A DNA stretch of 64,000 nucleotides from Oscillospiraceae bacterium (GCA_015067615.1 SVMD01000012.1:3718-67717); one strand, 5' to 3'. Counted from the first letter of the stretch, positions 9,221 through 18,319 are shown. Made by a program: numbers and translations. Notes: generated from the sequence alone by a model not told the origin.

Positions 9221-9409
9221 ATTATCGTTTAGCTTTAGAAGTCAGTACCGCACCAAAGCCTCCCTTGCCTAAAGGGAGGTGCCCCGAAGGGGCGGAGGGA
9301 TTCTCGCCCGTAGGGCGATGTGCCGCTAACGCGGCACAATATCCCCCAGTCAGCTTCGCTGACAGCCCCCTTTAGGCAAGGGGGCCTTATTAGGCTAAAC
9401 GATAATTTA
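9218..9409. repeat. Hairpin-dense intergenic repeat, copy 1 (complete, both terminal inverted repeats present)
   Basis: Perfect 16-nt TIR: TAAATTATCGTTTAGC (9218-9233) and GCTAAACGATAATTTA (9394-9409). The interior holds six GC-rich hairpins. Related copies lie at 12953, 20235, 46593 and 57992. Confidence 0.85.
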
Positions 9410-9430
9410 TCTTACCACAAAACAGTTTTC

Positions 9431-9459
9431 TTGACAAGCGGACTTCCGCATGGTACACT
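9431..9459 (+). promoter_or_regulatory. Putative sigma-A promoter of the FMN riboswitch-ribU unit
   Basis: TTGACA (9431-9436), 17 nt, TACACT (9454-9459). Confidence 0.5.
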
Positions 9460-9476
9460 TTTTTCAAGTGAACAGA

Positions 9477-9660
9477 GTATCTTCAGGGCGGGGTGCGATT
9501 CCCCACCGGCGGTTACAGTCCGCGAACGCAATTTGCGCCGATTCGGTGAAACTCCGAAACCGACAGTATTGACGAAAGTCTGAGTCTGGATGGAAGAAGA
9601 TACGCGTAATTTTTGCGTATTTTATGCCCTGAGTGTATGCTCAGGGCATATTCTTGTTTT
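9477..9660 (+). promoter_or_regulatory. FMN riboswitch (RFN element) with a terminator expression platform
   Basis: The conserved RFN core is visible: CTTCAGGGCGGGGTGCGATTCCCCACCGGCGGT ... GATTCGGTGAAACTCCGAAACCGACAGT ... AGTCTGGATGGAAGAAG. P1 pairs GTATCTTC (9477-) with GAAGATAC (-9603). A terminator follows: TATGCCCTGAG/CTCAGGGCATA (9623-9650) plus TTCTTGTTTT. Confidence 0.9.
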
Positions 9661-9671
9661 GAGGTGATACC

Positions 9672-10391
9672 ATGACCGAACTTCTGACCCAGGCAAAGGA
9701 AAATCTCAGCTTTATACTCATGTGCATTCTGATCGTGGTGGCATTGTCACTGCTGTCCAAATTCGCGGAAAAATTCTTCCCCCAGAAGCGCTCTGTAACC
9801 CCCGCCCGGCGGATCACCATCATTGCCATCTGCTCCACCATTGCCATGGTGCTGCATGTGCTGGACTTCCCCCTGCTGTTCCTGGCCCCCGGTTTCTATA
9901 AGCTGGACTTTTCCGAACTGCCTGTCCTGCTCTGCGGTTTTTACCTCGGACCCAGCGCCGCCGTCACCTGTGAGGGTGTGAAGGTTCTGCTGAAACTGCT
10001 GGTGAAGGGCACCTCCACCGCCTTTGTGGGCGATTTCGCCAATTTCGTGGTAGGCTGCTCCTTTGTGATCCCTGCCACCATCTGGTACCACATCCATAAG
10101 AGCAAGCACAGTGCCGTCATTGGCCTGATTTTGGGCACCCTGTCCATGGCCGTGCTGGGCTCCGCCTTCAACGCAATTTATCTTCTGCCCAAGTTCAGCC
10201 AGCTTTTCGAGCTTCCCCTGGACGCCATCATCGCCATGGGTTCCGAGATCCACGGCTCCATCCACTCCGTTCCCACCTTCGTACTGCTGTGCGTGGCACC
10301 CCTGAATGTGGTGAAGGGCGTCATGGTCTCGGTGCTGACCATGCTTCTGTATAAAAAGGTAGCCCGCCCCCTCTTCGGCATCCGCTCCTGA
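9672..10391 (+). CDS. ribU: ECF-transporter S component, riboflavin transporter RibU
   Basis: A 239-aa multi-TM protein of the ECF S-component type, placed directly behind an FMN riboswitch. Confidence 0.82.
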   Translation: MTELLTQAKENLSFILMCILIVVALSLLSKFAEKFFPQKRSVTPARRITIIAICSTIAMVLHVLDFPLLFLAPGFYKLDFSELPVLLCGFYLGPSAAVTCEGVKVLLKLLVKGTSTAFVGDFANFVVGCSFVIPATIWYHIHKSKHSAVIGLILGTLSMAVLGSAFNAIYLLPKFSQLFELPLDAIIAMGSEIHGSIHSVPTFVLLCVAPLNVVKGVMVSVLTMLLYKKVARPLFGIRS

Positions 10392-10431
10392 TATGATTTC
10401 ACCCCGGAACTTACCGTTCCGGGGTGTTGCT

Positions 10432-11055
10432 TTACAGATTCGTGTATTCGGCTGCTTCCCGTCTGGGGGGCATGCCGTCGTCCCGGTCCCGGCAGAGGAA
10501 CAGGAACAGGGGCCGCGCGATCTGGCTAACGCCGGGGATGATGCTCAGTACCAGGTAGAGCACATTGTTGGCAGGGTCACAGGAGGTGTACACATCGTAC
10601 AGCGCCATGATCTGGACCACCAGTCCCACGATTCCCAGGATCAGCACCGGGATATAGAAAGCCAGGCTGGTCAGCAGCTGCCGGACAATTTCCATCCCAT
10701 CAATGCCCCGGGGGCCGGAGGTGATCAGCATCACCACCGTTACGATCAGCCGGACAAAAGCGACAATGGACAAGACTGCGTTGAGGATGCTCACCGTCAG
10801 CAGCACCTTCCGCCTGGACTTCACCTCTCCCCGGACCACATACCGGTACTGGTCAGAGATACTGCCCAAAATCCACACGCTCACAACAGGAACCCAGGCC
10901 AGCCAGGCCTTTCGGATTCCCCGGCGCTGGGCAATGGTGTACAGGGCCAGCGCGGAAAACACATAGGCCGCAATGCTCACCAGGGAACTGATACCGCCTA
11001 AGGAAGCGGTACTTTCCAGGGCATTCTCAACGGCATAAATATATTCATGGGACAT
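10432..11055 (-). CDS. Hypothetical integral membrane protein (about 5 TM)
   Basis: 207 aa, hydrophobic, with a good RBS (AAAGGAGGGG). I recognise no family. Confidence 0.55.
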   Translation of the reverse strand: MSHEYIYAVENALESTASLGGISSLVSIAAYVFSALALYTIAQRRGIRKAWLAWVPVVSVWILGSISDQYRYVVRGEVKSRRKVLLTVSILNAVLSIVAFVRLIVTVVMLITSGPRGIDGMEIVRQLLTSLAFYIPVLILGIVGLVVQIMALYDVYTSCDPANNVLYLVLSIIPGVSQIARPLFLFLCRDRDDGMPPRREAAEYTNL

Positions 11056-11131
11056 GATAACCCCTCCTTTTCTCTTTCTGGGCTTAGTTTACCACAGCGC
11101 TGAAAACTATGCAAGAAAATAATCTTTGAAC

Positions 11132-11163
11132 AAAAAAGAACCGCCTGAAAGCCAGGCGGTTCT
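11132..11163 (-). terminator. Rho-independent terminator after argS
   Basis: AGAACCGCCT/AGGCGGTTCT hairpin (11137-11146 / 11154-11163), with an A-run at 11132-11136 that reads as a T-run on the minus strand. Confidence 0.7.
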
Positions 11164-11171
11164 TGGCATTT

Positions 11172-12920
11172 TTACATCTTCTCGGGAGCGGAGAAGCCCA
11201 GAATATCGATACAGGTTTCCAGGATATTCTTTGCCAGGCCGATCAGGGCAATGTGGCCGGCCTTCAGTTCCTCGTTCTCCTCCTTCAGGATGGGGGTCTC
11301 GTGATAGAACTTGTTGACGCAGCCGGCAAGCTCATAGATATAGGCGCAGACCAGGTTGGGTGCCTCGGCCTTCAGTGCGGCTTCCAGGGAGGGGCCGAAC
11401 TTGGTAATGGCCAGCATCAGATCCTTGGCCTCGCTATTCGCGGGGTTCTGGATGGGCAGGTGTTCCCAGGCGCCATAGCGGCTCAGGATGGACTTGATGC
11501 GCACGATGGTGTAGAGAATATAGGGACCGGTGTTGCCCTCAAAAGCGGCGAAACGCTCCAGGTCGAAGTTGTAGTCCTTGGTGGGCTGGTTGGACAGGTC
11601 GCCGTACTTCAGGGCAGCCAGAGCAATCTTGGCAGTGGTGACTTCTACTTCGCTCTCGTCCACGATCTTATTCTCAACAACCTTGCTGCGGACGAAATCG
11701 GTCATGTCAGCGATCAGCTGCTCCAGACGCAGGACACCGCCGTCGCGGGTCTTGAAGGGCTTGCCGTCCTTGCCGTTCATTGTGCCGTGACCCACGTGCT
11801 CCAGCTCAGTAGCTTCATGGACGATACCGGACTTCCGGGCGGCACGGAACACCTGCTCAAAGTGCAGGTTCTGGCGCTTGTCGGTGACGTAGAGCATCTT
11901 GTCGGGGTTCCAGTCCTGCATACGCTGGACCATGGTAGCCAGGTCCGTGGTGGCGTAGATGGCGGAACCGTCGGACTTCACCAGAATCATGGGAGGAACT
12001 TCCTTCTTGTCCTTCTCCTCGGCAACAGGCACGACCCAGGCGCCCTCGGACTGGACAGCCAGGCCCCGGTTCTTCAGGTCTTCCACCATGGCGGGGATGT
12101 AGGGATCGGCGTCGCTCTCGCCCAGCCACTTCTCGTAGTGGACATCCAGCAGATCATAGATCCGGTGCAGGTCGGGAAGACTGACACCCATAATGTGGTC
12201 CCAGATGGCCCGGTAGCCCCGGCGGCCCTGCTGCAGCTCGAAGGTGGCGGTGTGGGCCTTCTCAGCGAATTCAGGATCCTTCTTCTTGGCAGATGCGGTG
12301 GGGTAGATCTCCTCCAGCTCAGACAGGGTGAAGGGAGACTCGGCGGGATACTCGCCGGTGAAATCAGGATCAAAATAGGGCAGGTCGGGCTGGCGCTCGT
12401 GGAGCTCCGCAATGATCAGACCCATCTGCAGACCCCAGTCGCCCAGGTGGATATCGCCGATGGTATTGTAGCCCAGGAACTTGTGCAGCCGCTTCAGAGC
12501 CTCGCCGATGATGGCGGGGCGCAGGTGGCCGATGTGCAGGGGCTTGGCCACGTTGGCGCCGCCGTAGTCCACCACAATAGTCTTACCCTCGCCGATTTTG
12601 GCCACGCCAAAGTCGGGAGCGATGCGCATTTCTTCCAGGTAAGTGCGCAGGAAGGCATCGGAGAGCTTCAGGTTGATGAAGCCGGGCATGACAGCCTCCA
12701 CCAGGGAGTAGTCCTCGGCATTCAGCTTCTCCACTACAGCCTTTGCAATCTGGATGGGGGCGCACTTATAAGTCTTGGCAGCGGACAGGGCGCCGTTGCA
12801 CTGGTATTCACACAGGTCAGGCCGGTTGGACACGGTGACCCGGCCAAAGGATGCGTCATAGCCCGCGTCCGCAAAGGCCTGCTGCATCTTGGCAGTGATA
12901 ATGTCTAAGATTTTTTCCAT
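11172..12920 (-). CDS. argS: Arginine--tRNA ligase
   Basis: 582 aa with the class I HIGH motif (PLHIGHLRPAIIG) and the ArgRS N-terminal Add-1 and C-terminal DALR-type regions. Confidence 0.95.
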   Translation of the reverse strand: MEKILDIITAKMQQAFADAGYDASFGRVTVSNRPDLCEYQCNGALSAAKTYKCAPIQIAKAVVEKLNAEDYSLVEAVMPGFINLKLSDAFLRTYLEEMRIAPDFGVAKIGEGKTIVVDYGGANVAKPLHIGHLRPAIIGEALKRLHKFLGYNTIGDIHLGDWGLQMGLIIAELHERQPDLPYFDPDFTGEYPAESPFTLSELEEIYPTASAKKKDPEFAEKAHTATFELQQGRRGYRAIWDHIMGVSLPDLHRIYDLLDVHYEKWLGESDADPYIPAMVEDLKNRGLAVQSEGAWVVPVAEEKDKKEVPPMILVKSDGSAIYATTDLATMVQRMQDWNPDKMLYVTDKRQNLHFEQVFRAARKSGIVHEATELEHVGHGTMNGKDGKPFKTRDGGVLRLEQLIADMTDFVRSKVVENKIVDESEVEVTTAKIALAALKYGDLSNQPTKDYNFDLERFAAFEGNTGPYILYTIVRIKSILSRYGAWEHLPIQNPANSEAKDLMLAITKFGPSLEAALKAEAPNLVCAYIYELAGCVNKFYHETPILKEENEELKAGHIALIGLAKNILETCIDILGFSAPEKM

Positions 12921-12952
12921 TTTTTGCTCCTAAATGTGGGTCATCCTGGGCG

Positions 12953-13088
12953 CCAAAGCCTCCCTTGTCTAAAGGGAGGTGCCCCGGAGGGGCGGAGGGA
13001 TTCTCGCCCGAAGGGCGATGTGCCGCTAACGCGGCACAGTATCCCCCAGTCAGCTTCGCTGACAGCCCCCTTTAGGCAAGGGGGCCTT
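12953..13088. repeat. Hairpin-dense intergenic repeat, copy 2 (core only, no terminal inverted repeats)
   Basis: About 135 nt, nearly identical to 9253-9388. There are 4 substitutions, all in predicted loops or junctions. Confidence 0.85.
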
Positions 13089-13117
13089 TTGACGGATGCC
13101 ACAGGGATGACAGATTC

Positions 13118-14722
13118 TTACTTATTCTTCTGCTGATCCATCCAGTACAGGTACTCATCGTAGGTACCGTAGCGGTCCACGATGGTGCCGTCGGGCTGGA
13201 AGGCAATGACGCGGTTACAGGTGGATTCCAGCATCTCATGGTCGTGGGAAGCCAGCAGCACAACGCCGTTGAAGGCTTCCAGGCCCTTGTTCACAGCCTG
13301 GATGGATTCCATATCCAGGTGGTTGGTGGGCTGGTCCAGCAGGACCACGTTGGCGCCGCTCAGCATCATCTTGGAGAGCATGCAGCGAACCTTCTCGCCG
13401 CCGGACAGGACGTTGACAGGCTTGAACACGTCGTCATTGCCGAAGAGCATACGGCCCAGGAAGCCTCGCAGGTACACATCGTCCTTCTTGGCGGAGTACT
13501 GGCGCAGCCAGTCCACCAGCTCCATCTTGTTGCCCTCAAAGTAGGCGGTGTTGTCCTTGGGCAGGTAGCTGCGGATGGTGGAGACACCCCACTTGATGGA
13601 GCCTTCATCGGGCTCCAGCTCGCCCATCAGAATCTGGAACAGAGCGGTCTGAGCCTTCTCGTTCTCGCCGACGAAGGCGATCTTGTCGTTCTTGCCCACG
13701 GAGAAATAGACCTTGTCCAGCAGCTTTTCGCCATCCACGGTGACGGAAACGTCCTTGACGGTCAGGATATCCTTGCCCAGGTCACGTTCAGGCATGAAGC
13801 CCACGAAGGGATAGCGGCGGGTGGAGCAGGGCATTTCCTCGACGGTCAGCTTGTCCAGCAGCTTGCGGCGTGCGGTAGCCTGCTTTGCCTTGGACTTGTT
13901 GGCGGAGAAACGCTGAATGAACAGCTGCAGCTCTTCGATCTTCTCCTGGTTCTTCTTGTTCTTGTTGCGGATCATGGCCTGGACCATCTGGGAGGACTCG
14001 TACCAGAAGTCGTAGTTACCCACGTACATCTTGATCTTGCCGTAGTCGATATCCACAGTGTGGGTGCAGACGGTGTTCAGGAAGTGGCGGTCATGGGACA
14101 CGGCGATGACCATGCCGGGGAAGTCCAGCAGGAAGTCCTCCAGCCAGTTGATGGCCTCGATATCCAGGTTGTTGGTGGGCTCGTCCAGCATGACGATGTC
14201 GGGGTTGCCGAAGAGTGCCTGGGCCAGCAGGACCTTGACCTTCAGACGGGGGTCGGTGGAGCCCATCATGTCGTAGTGCATGTCGGTGGGGATGCCCAGA
14301 CCCTGGAGAAGGCGGGATGCGTCGGACTCTGCTTCCCAGCCGTCCATTTCCGCGAACTCGGCTTCCAGCTCGGCAGCCCGCAGGCCGTCCTCGTCGGAGA
14401 AGTCCTCCTTCTCGTAGATGGCGTCTTTTTCCTTCATCACGTCATACAGGTGCTGGTTGCCCATGATGACGGTGTCCAGAATGGTGTAGTCGTCGTAGGC
14501 GTTCTGGTTCTGCTTCAGCACGGACACACGCTTGTCGGGGTCCACGGTAACAGCGCCGGTGGTGGAGTCCAGCTCGCCGGTGAGGATCCGCAGGAAGGTG
14601 GACTTGCCGGCACCGTTGGCACCGATGATGCCGTAGCAGTTGCCGGGCAGGAACTGCAGGTCCACGTGCTGGAACAGCCACTGGCCGCCGAACTGCATAC
14701 CAAGATTAGAAACTGTGATCAT
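13118..14722 (-). CDS. ABC-F family ATPase (YbiT/EttA-like; two ABC domains, no TM)
   Basis: 534 aa with two Walker A/signature/Walker B sets (GANGAGKST...; LSGGEKVR...LLDQPTNHLD) and an inter-domain linker. Confidence 0.9.
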   Translation of the reverse strand: MITVSNLGMQFGGQWLFQHVDLQFLPGNCYGIIGANGAGKSTFLRILTGELDSTTGAVTVDPDKRVSVLKQNQNAYDDYTILDTVIMGNQHLYDVMKEKDAIYEKEDFSDEDGLRAAELEAEFAEMDGWEAESDASRLLQGLGIPTDMHYDMMGSTDPRLKVKVLLAQALFGNPDIVMLDEPTNNLDIEAINWLEDFLLDFPGMVIAVSHDRHFLNTVCTHTVDIDYGKIKMYVGNYDFWYESSQMVQAMIRNKNKKNQEKIEELQLFIQRFSANKSKAKQATARRKLLDKLTVEEMPCSTRRYPFVGFMPERDLGKDILTVKDVSVTVDGEKLLDKVYFSVGKNDKIAFVGENEKAQTALFQILMGELEPDEGSIKWGVSTIRSYLPKDNTAYFEGNKMELVDWLRQYSAKKDDVYLRGFLGRMLFGNDDVFKPVNVLSGGEKVRCMLSKMMLSGANVVLLDQPTNHLDMESIQAVNKGLEAFNGVVLLASHDHEMLESTCNRVIAFQPDGTIVDRYGTYDEYLYWMDQQKNK

Positions 14723-14843
14723 TTCGTACTCCTTATATCTTCATTATTTTTATCAACAAATTATAGCTGTATGCGCATAGTCATACAGTTTAATGATAGC
14801 ACAAATTCAAAAATAATCAATGGTTTCCGGCACAAATTCGGAG

Positions 14844-14873
14844 AAAAAAGCCGGGAGCTTTTCAGCCCCCGGC
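14844..14873 (-). terminator. Rho-independent terminator after the sigma/anti-sigma operon
   Basis: GCCGGG/CCCGGC hairpin (14850-14855 / 14868-14873), followed on the minus strand by TTTTTT (A-run 14844-14849). Confidence 0.55.
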
Positions 14874-14890
14874 AGAAATTCTGCTTATAT

Positions 14891-15634
14891 TCAGGAATTT
14901 AAGTCAATGATCGCTTTGGCGCAGGCCACCACCCGGTTGGGGTCGGTGTAGTCCGTTTCGTTCAGGCTGAAGGCCACTTTTCTCTCTTCATCCACCCAGT
15001 GGACCCAGCGGGTATACACCGTCCGGCCATCGGATTCGTAGTGCCAGACGGTATCGCCCACCTGTAGGGTAATGCCCTTGTATTCGATGGTCTGATAGCT
15101 CCCCGGCACATTCCAGGCAGTCCACTTGCCATTTTCGTCAATTCCAAAAAAGTACCGCCACAGTTCATTTTTCGTGGTGCCAAAGTTCAGGCCAAATACA
15201 TCCTTGTCATACTGGGATTCGGTTTTTCCGTCGGGGCTGACATCCCGGATATGGAAGCCATAGTCCACGCAAACCGGCTTGTACAGCGGATTCAGCATCG
15301 CCTGGGCCAGGGACCCGCCCTGGGGCACATGGCCGTAAACCTGCATTTGCAGGAATGGGATGCCGTCCAGCTCCCCGGGCAGCACAATGTCATGCTTCTT
15401 CACCTGTGATTCCAGGTCGCTCCAGCTATAAGAATCGTACAGCAGCCACATGCCGTACCGGCTCTTGGCCCAGCCCATGCCGCACAGCAGCAGTGCCAGC
15501 ACCGCCGCGATCAGCACCACCGTTCGTTTCCGCCGCCGTACAGGTTTGGGCTGTGCATACATCGCTTCCAGGGCTTCAAAGGAGGTTACCGGCTCCGGCA
15601 GGGCTTCCAGCTCCATTTTCAGCTTATTCTCCAT
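14891..15634 (-). CDS. Putative anti-sigma / sigma-associated single-pass membrane protein
   Basis: 247 aa with one TM (VVLIAAVLALLLCGMGW). Its start overlaps the stop of the upstream ECF sigma gene by 11 nt. I recognise no domain. Confidence 0.5.
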   Translation of the reverse strand: MENKLKMELEALPEPVTSFEALEAMYAQPKPVRRRKRTVVLIAAVLALLLCGMGWAKSRYGMWLLYDSYSWSDLESQVKKHDIVLPGELDGIPFLQMQVYGHVPQGGSLAQAMLNPLYKPVCVDYGFHIRDVSPDGKTESQYDKDVFGLNFGTTKNELWRYFFGIDENGKWTAWNVPGSYQTIEYKGITLQVGDTVWHYESDGRTVYTRWVHWVDEERKVAFSLNETDYTDPNRVVACAKAIIDLNS

Positions 15635-16079
15635 GATTCTCCTCCTGTTCTTTGAGTTTCTTCATGGCCCGCTCGTAGCGTTTTTGTACGGCGGGCCCGG
15701 TCATTCCCATTACTTTTCCTATCTCCCTGCTGGTCATACCGCTAAGCACCTTCATGGTCACGATCTCCCGGTCGGACAGGTCCAGAACCGAGAGGCGCTC
15801 TATGTAGGCATATTGCCCGTCCTGGCTGGGCAGTTCCGGAGGAAGTTCCTGCTCCCGTTCCCGCCTTCGCAGGATATCATAGCAGCAGTTCCGGGCCACC
15901 CGGTAGAGCCAGGCCTGGATTTTCTCCTCCTGCACCACATATTTCCCGGAGAGCAGCCGCAGGAAGGTCTCCTGCAATACATCCTCGGCCCCATGGGGAT
16001 CTTTCAGAATCGACAGGCAAAAGCGGTAGATGCCGGTTTTGTATTGCTCGTACCAGCTGTATACAAGCGCTCTGTTCAT
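15624..16079 (-). CDS. ECF-type RNA polymerase sigma-70 family factor
   Basis: Region 2 (DPHGAEDVLQETFLRLL...WLYRVARNCCYDILRRR) and region 4 (LSDREIVTMKVLSGMTSREIGKVMGMTGPAVQKRYERAMKKL). The start is set at MNRAL behind AAGGAGG. Confidence 0.85.
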   Translation of the reverse strand: MNRALVYSWYEQYKTGIYRFCLSILKDPHGAEDVLQETFLRLLSGKYVVQEEKIQAWLYRVARNCCYDILRRREREQELPPELPSQDGQYAYIERLSVLDLSDREIVTMKVLSGMTSREIGKVMGMTGPAVQKRYERAMKKLKEQEENHGE

Positions 16080-16223
16080 GGGCATCCCCTCCTTTCTGTC
16101 TATATGACGAATCAGCACCCCAAAAATCGGACAAGATGCCGAAAAATATTTCCACCCTTGCAGGTTCGATTGATGGTAGATATAATATAGTTGTCTATAT
16201 CAAAAAGCAAGGAGAAATGCCAA

Positions 16224-17114
16224 ATGAAATTAGCAGTTTACACCGTTTCCCTGCCCGAGTACGATCTGGAGCAGTCCGTTGCCGTTCTGAAGGAAATGGG
16301 CTACGAGGGCGTCGAGTGGCGCGTGGACAAGACCGAAGGCGAGTCCCCCCTGAAGGCCATGTTCGCTAACCTGCCCAAGGAGCAGCAGTTTGCCTTCCGT
16401 TACTGGACCGAGAACCACGCCACCCTGAATGTGGATGACATCATGAATGAGTGCCAGAAGGTCAAGAAGCTCTGCGACGAGGCTGGCCTGACCATCTGCA
16501 ACCTGGCCACCACCCTGAAGGGCGCTCCCGAGGAGATGGAGAACACCATCGCCGCCGCTGCCGCCATCGGCTGCAAGACCGTTCGCGGCCCCATGGCTAC
16601 CTACGATCCCAACAAGCCCTACTGGGACCAGTTCAATGAGTATCGCGCATATCTCAAGGAGTGCGAGCCTCTGCTGAAGAAGTACGGCGTCAAGTTCCTG
16701 ATCGAGACCCATCATGGCATGATGATCTCCTCCGCTTCCTCTGCCCTGCGTGTGCTGGACGGCTTCGATCCTGAGTACTTCGGCCTGATCTACGATCCCG
16801 GCAACATGGTCTACGAGGGCTATGAGAACTACCAGCTGGGCTTCGAGATGCTGGGCAAGTATCTGGCTCATGTCCATGTGAAGAACGCCGCCCTGGTTCC
16901 CGGCGGTGAGGGTGAGTTCGGCGAGACCAAGTACAACCAGCTGTGGTCCCCCATGAAGAAGGGCTCCGCCAATATCCCCGCCCTGATCAAGGCCCTGAAG
17001 AAGGTTGGCTACGATGGCTGGCTGTCCGTGGAAGACTTCTCCAACGAAAAGCCCACCCGGGAAAAGCTGGAAGAGAACATCGCCTACCTGAAGGAGCTGC
17101 TGGAAAAGGCTTAA
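16224..17114 (+). CDS. Sugar phosphate isomerase/epimerase (xylose isomerase-like TIM barrel)
   Basis: About 296 aa, AP_endonuc_2/TIM-barrel type (GYEGVEW...; ETHHG...; HVHVKN...; WLSVEDF). The start is set at MKLAVY behind AAGGAGA. Confidence 0.82.
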   Translation: MKLAVYTVSLPEYDLEQSVAVLKEMGYEGVEWRVDKTEGESPLKAMFANLPKEQQFAFRYWTENHATLNVDDIMNECQKVKKLCDEAGLTICNLATTLKGAPEEMENTIAAAAAIGCKTVRGPMATYDPNKPYWDQFNEYRAYLKECEPLLKKYGVKFLIETHHGMMISSASSALRVLDGFDPEYFGLIYDPGNMVYEGYENYQLGFEMLGKYLAHVHVKNAALVPGGEGEFGETKYNQLWSPMKKGSANIPALIKALKKVGYDGWLSVEDFSNEKPTREKLEENIAYLKELLEKA

Positions 17115-17128
17115 TTCCTGTACATACC

Positions 17129-17160
17129 AAAAGAGACCGCCATACGGCGGTCTCCTTTTT
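17129..17160. terminator. Bidirectional rho-independent terminator
   Basis: GAGACCGCC-atac-GGCGGTCTC (17133-17154), flanked by AAAA and CTTTTT. It lies between convergent genes. Confidence 0.7.
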
Positions 17161-17165
17161 ATGAA

Positions 17166-18107
17166 TCAGATTGCATTTTCATCGATCCTGCGTACCACAC
17201 TGTGGGTATATGCAGTAAAATTCTTGCTCCAGAAATGCAGGGCCGTGGGATTAAAGCTTTCGCAGTCCACGCCCAGCCGGGAGTACCCCTCTGAAGCCAG
17301 GGTCCTGACGATGTGGCGCAGCAATCCCTGGGCCACGTTCTCGCCGCGGCATTCAGTCAGGCAATAAGCACCGCAGATATTCCGTGTTTCCGGGCCGTTG
17401 ACAGCAAAGTTATCTCCTTTTTCCGTGACCTCGATGTAGGCTATAATCTTCCCGCCCCGGGCCGCTGCGAAGGTTCGGGGCGGATTCTTTTCCCGTCCTG
17501 CGATCCAGGCCTGAAAGTTTTCTTCGGTCTGACACATAAAGCTGGGGCTCTGGGCAAGATGGTCTGACAACGCCCTACGCATGGGCCGAAGTTCCTGCTG
17601 GCAGCCAGAGGGAAGCTCCAAATATTCACATTGTGTGTTATTCTGCCCTTCCGGGTCCGACAGATCCCTAATCAGATCCATGCAGCGCATCCCGAAGCCG
17701 TAGGTATAAAATGCATCCTTTGCCTGCGCATCATGGGCATAGAGGGAGATGGCATGGCTGGAAGCCCCTGCTTTGACCCATTTTTCCGCCGCAGCCTGAT
17801 ACATCCGCTGGTAGATTAGACTGCGGTTCTCCTGCCGTGCGCCATGGGCATGGATGGGCGAAAACACGCCGCATACATCCGGCGTGCAGAAAACTGGTCC
17901 GAAGGGGCCGTAAGCACCCAGAAATCCCAGCAGTTCCTCCCCTTCCACCGCGGCAACTCCCAGGCCATTGGCTGCCAGGGTCTCCAACGCCGGCATTTTT
18001 ACATCTTTCGGCAGCGCAGGCACCGCCCGGCGCTCCTCTTCATAGTTCTCCTCCGCCAGCCGTACAGCCGCCGGAAGCCATACTTTCGTCAATTCAACAA
18101 TTTTCAT
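17166..18107 (-). CDS. GNAT-family N-acetyltransferase (two-lobed)
   Basis: About 313 aa. The C-terminal half has an acetyl-CoA-binding-like pattern (RGENVAQGLLRHIVRTLASEGYSRLGVD). The start is set at MKIVELT. Confidence 0.65.
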   Translation of the reverse strand: MKIVELTKVWLPAAVRLAEENYEEERRAVPALPKDVKMPALETLAANGLGVAAVEGEELLGFLGAYGPFGPVFCTPDVCGVFSPIHAHGARQENRSLIYQRMYQAAAEKWVKAGASSHAISLYAHDAQAKDAFYTYGFGMRCMDLIRDLSDPEGQNNTQCEYLELPSGCQQELRPMRRALSDHLAQSPSFMCQTEENFQAWIAGREKNPPRTFAAARGGKIIAYIEVTEKGDNFAVNGPETRNICGAYCLTECRGENVAQGLLRHIVRTLASEGYSRLGVDCESFNPTALHFWSKNFTAYTHSVVRRIDENAI

Positions 18108-18319
18108 CAAAATACCCTTTCTGAAAAACAAAATGCACCCCCGGAAACCGGAAGTGCATGATTTGCTGGTCATTCAGGGCCCCAGGGGCGAATTTACCTT
18201 GTGCGGCCAGGGCGAACAGCAGAGCTTCCATATTTCCTCAAGACGTTCTTTTTCATAAAGCTGTTCACCTGCCTTTCTTTTATGAAATCACTATACCACC
18301 GTCTGAGGCGCAAGTCAAT

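Noticed and set aside
9320-9583. Small ORFs running through the repeat elements. Examples are 9320..9583 (MPLTRHNIPQSASLTAPFRQGGL...), 12924..13136, 20246..20446, 20336..20590, 58078..58293 and 58115..58582.
   Set aside because: They are translations of the palindromic repeat cores. The same peptide-like strings recur only because the DNA repeat recurs. They have no RBS, they cross the FMN riboswitch or terminators, and their reading frames are not maintained between copies.
12921-13117. A T-box leader upstream of argS.
   Set aside because: I found no T-box consensus (AANNNGGGTGGTACCGCG-like) and no specifier-loop or antiterminator arrangement. The spacer is almost entirely occupied by repeat copy 2.
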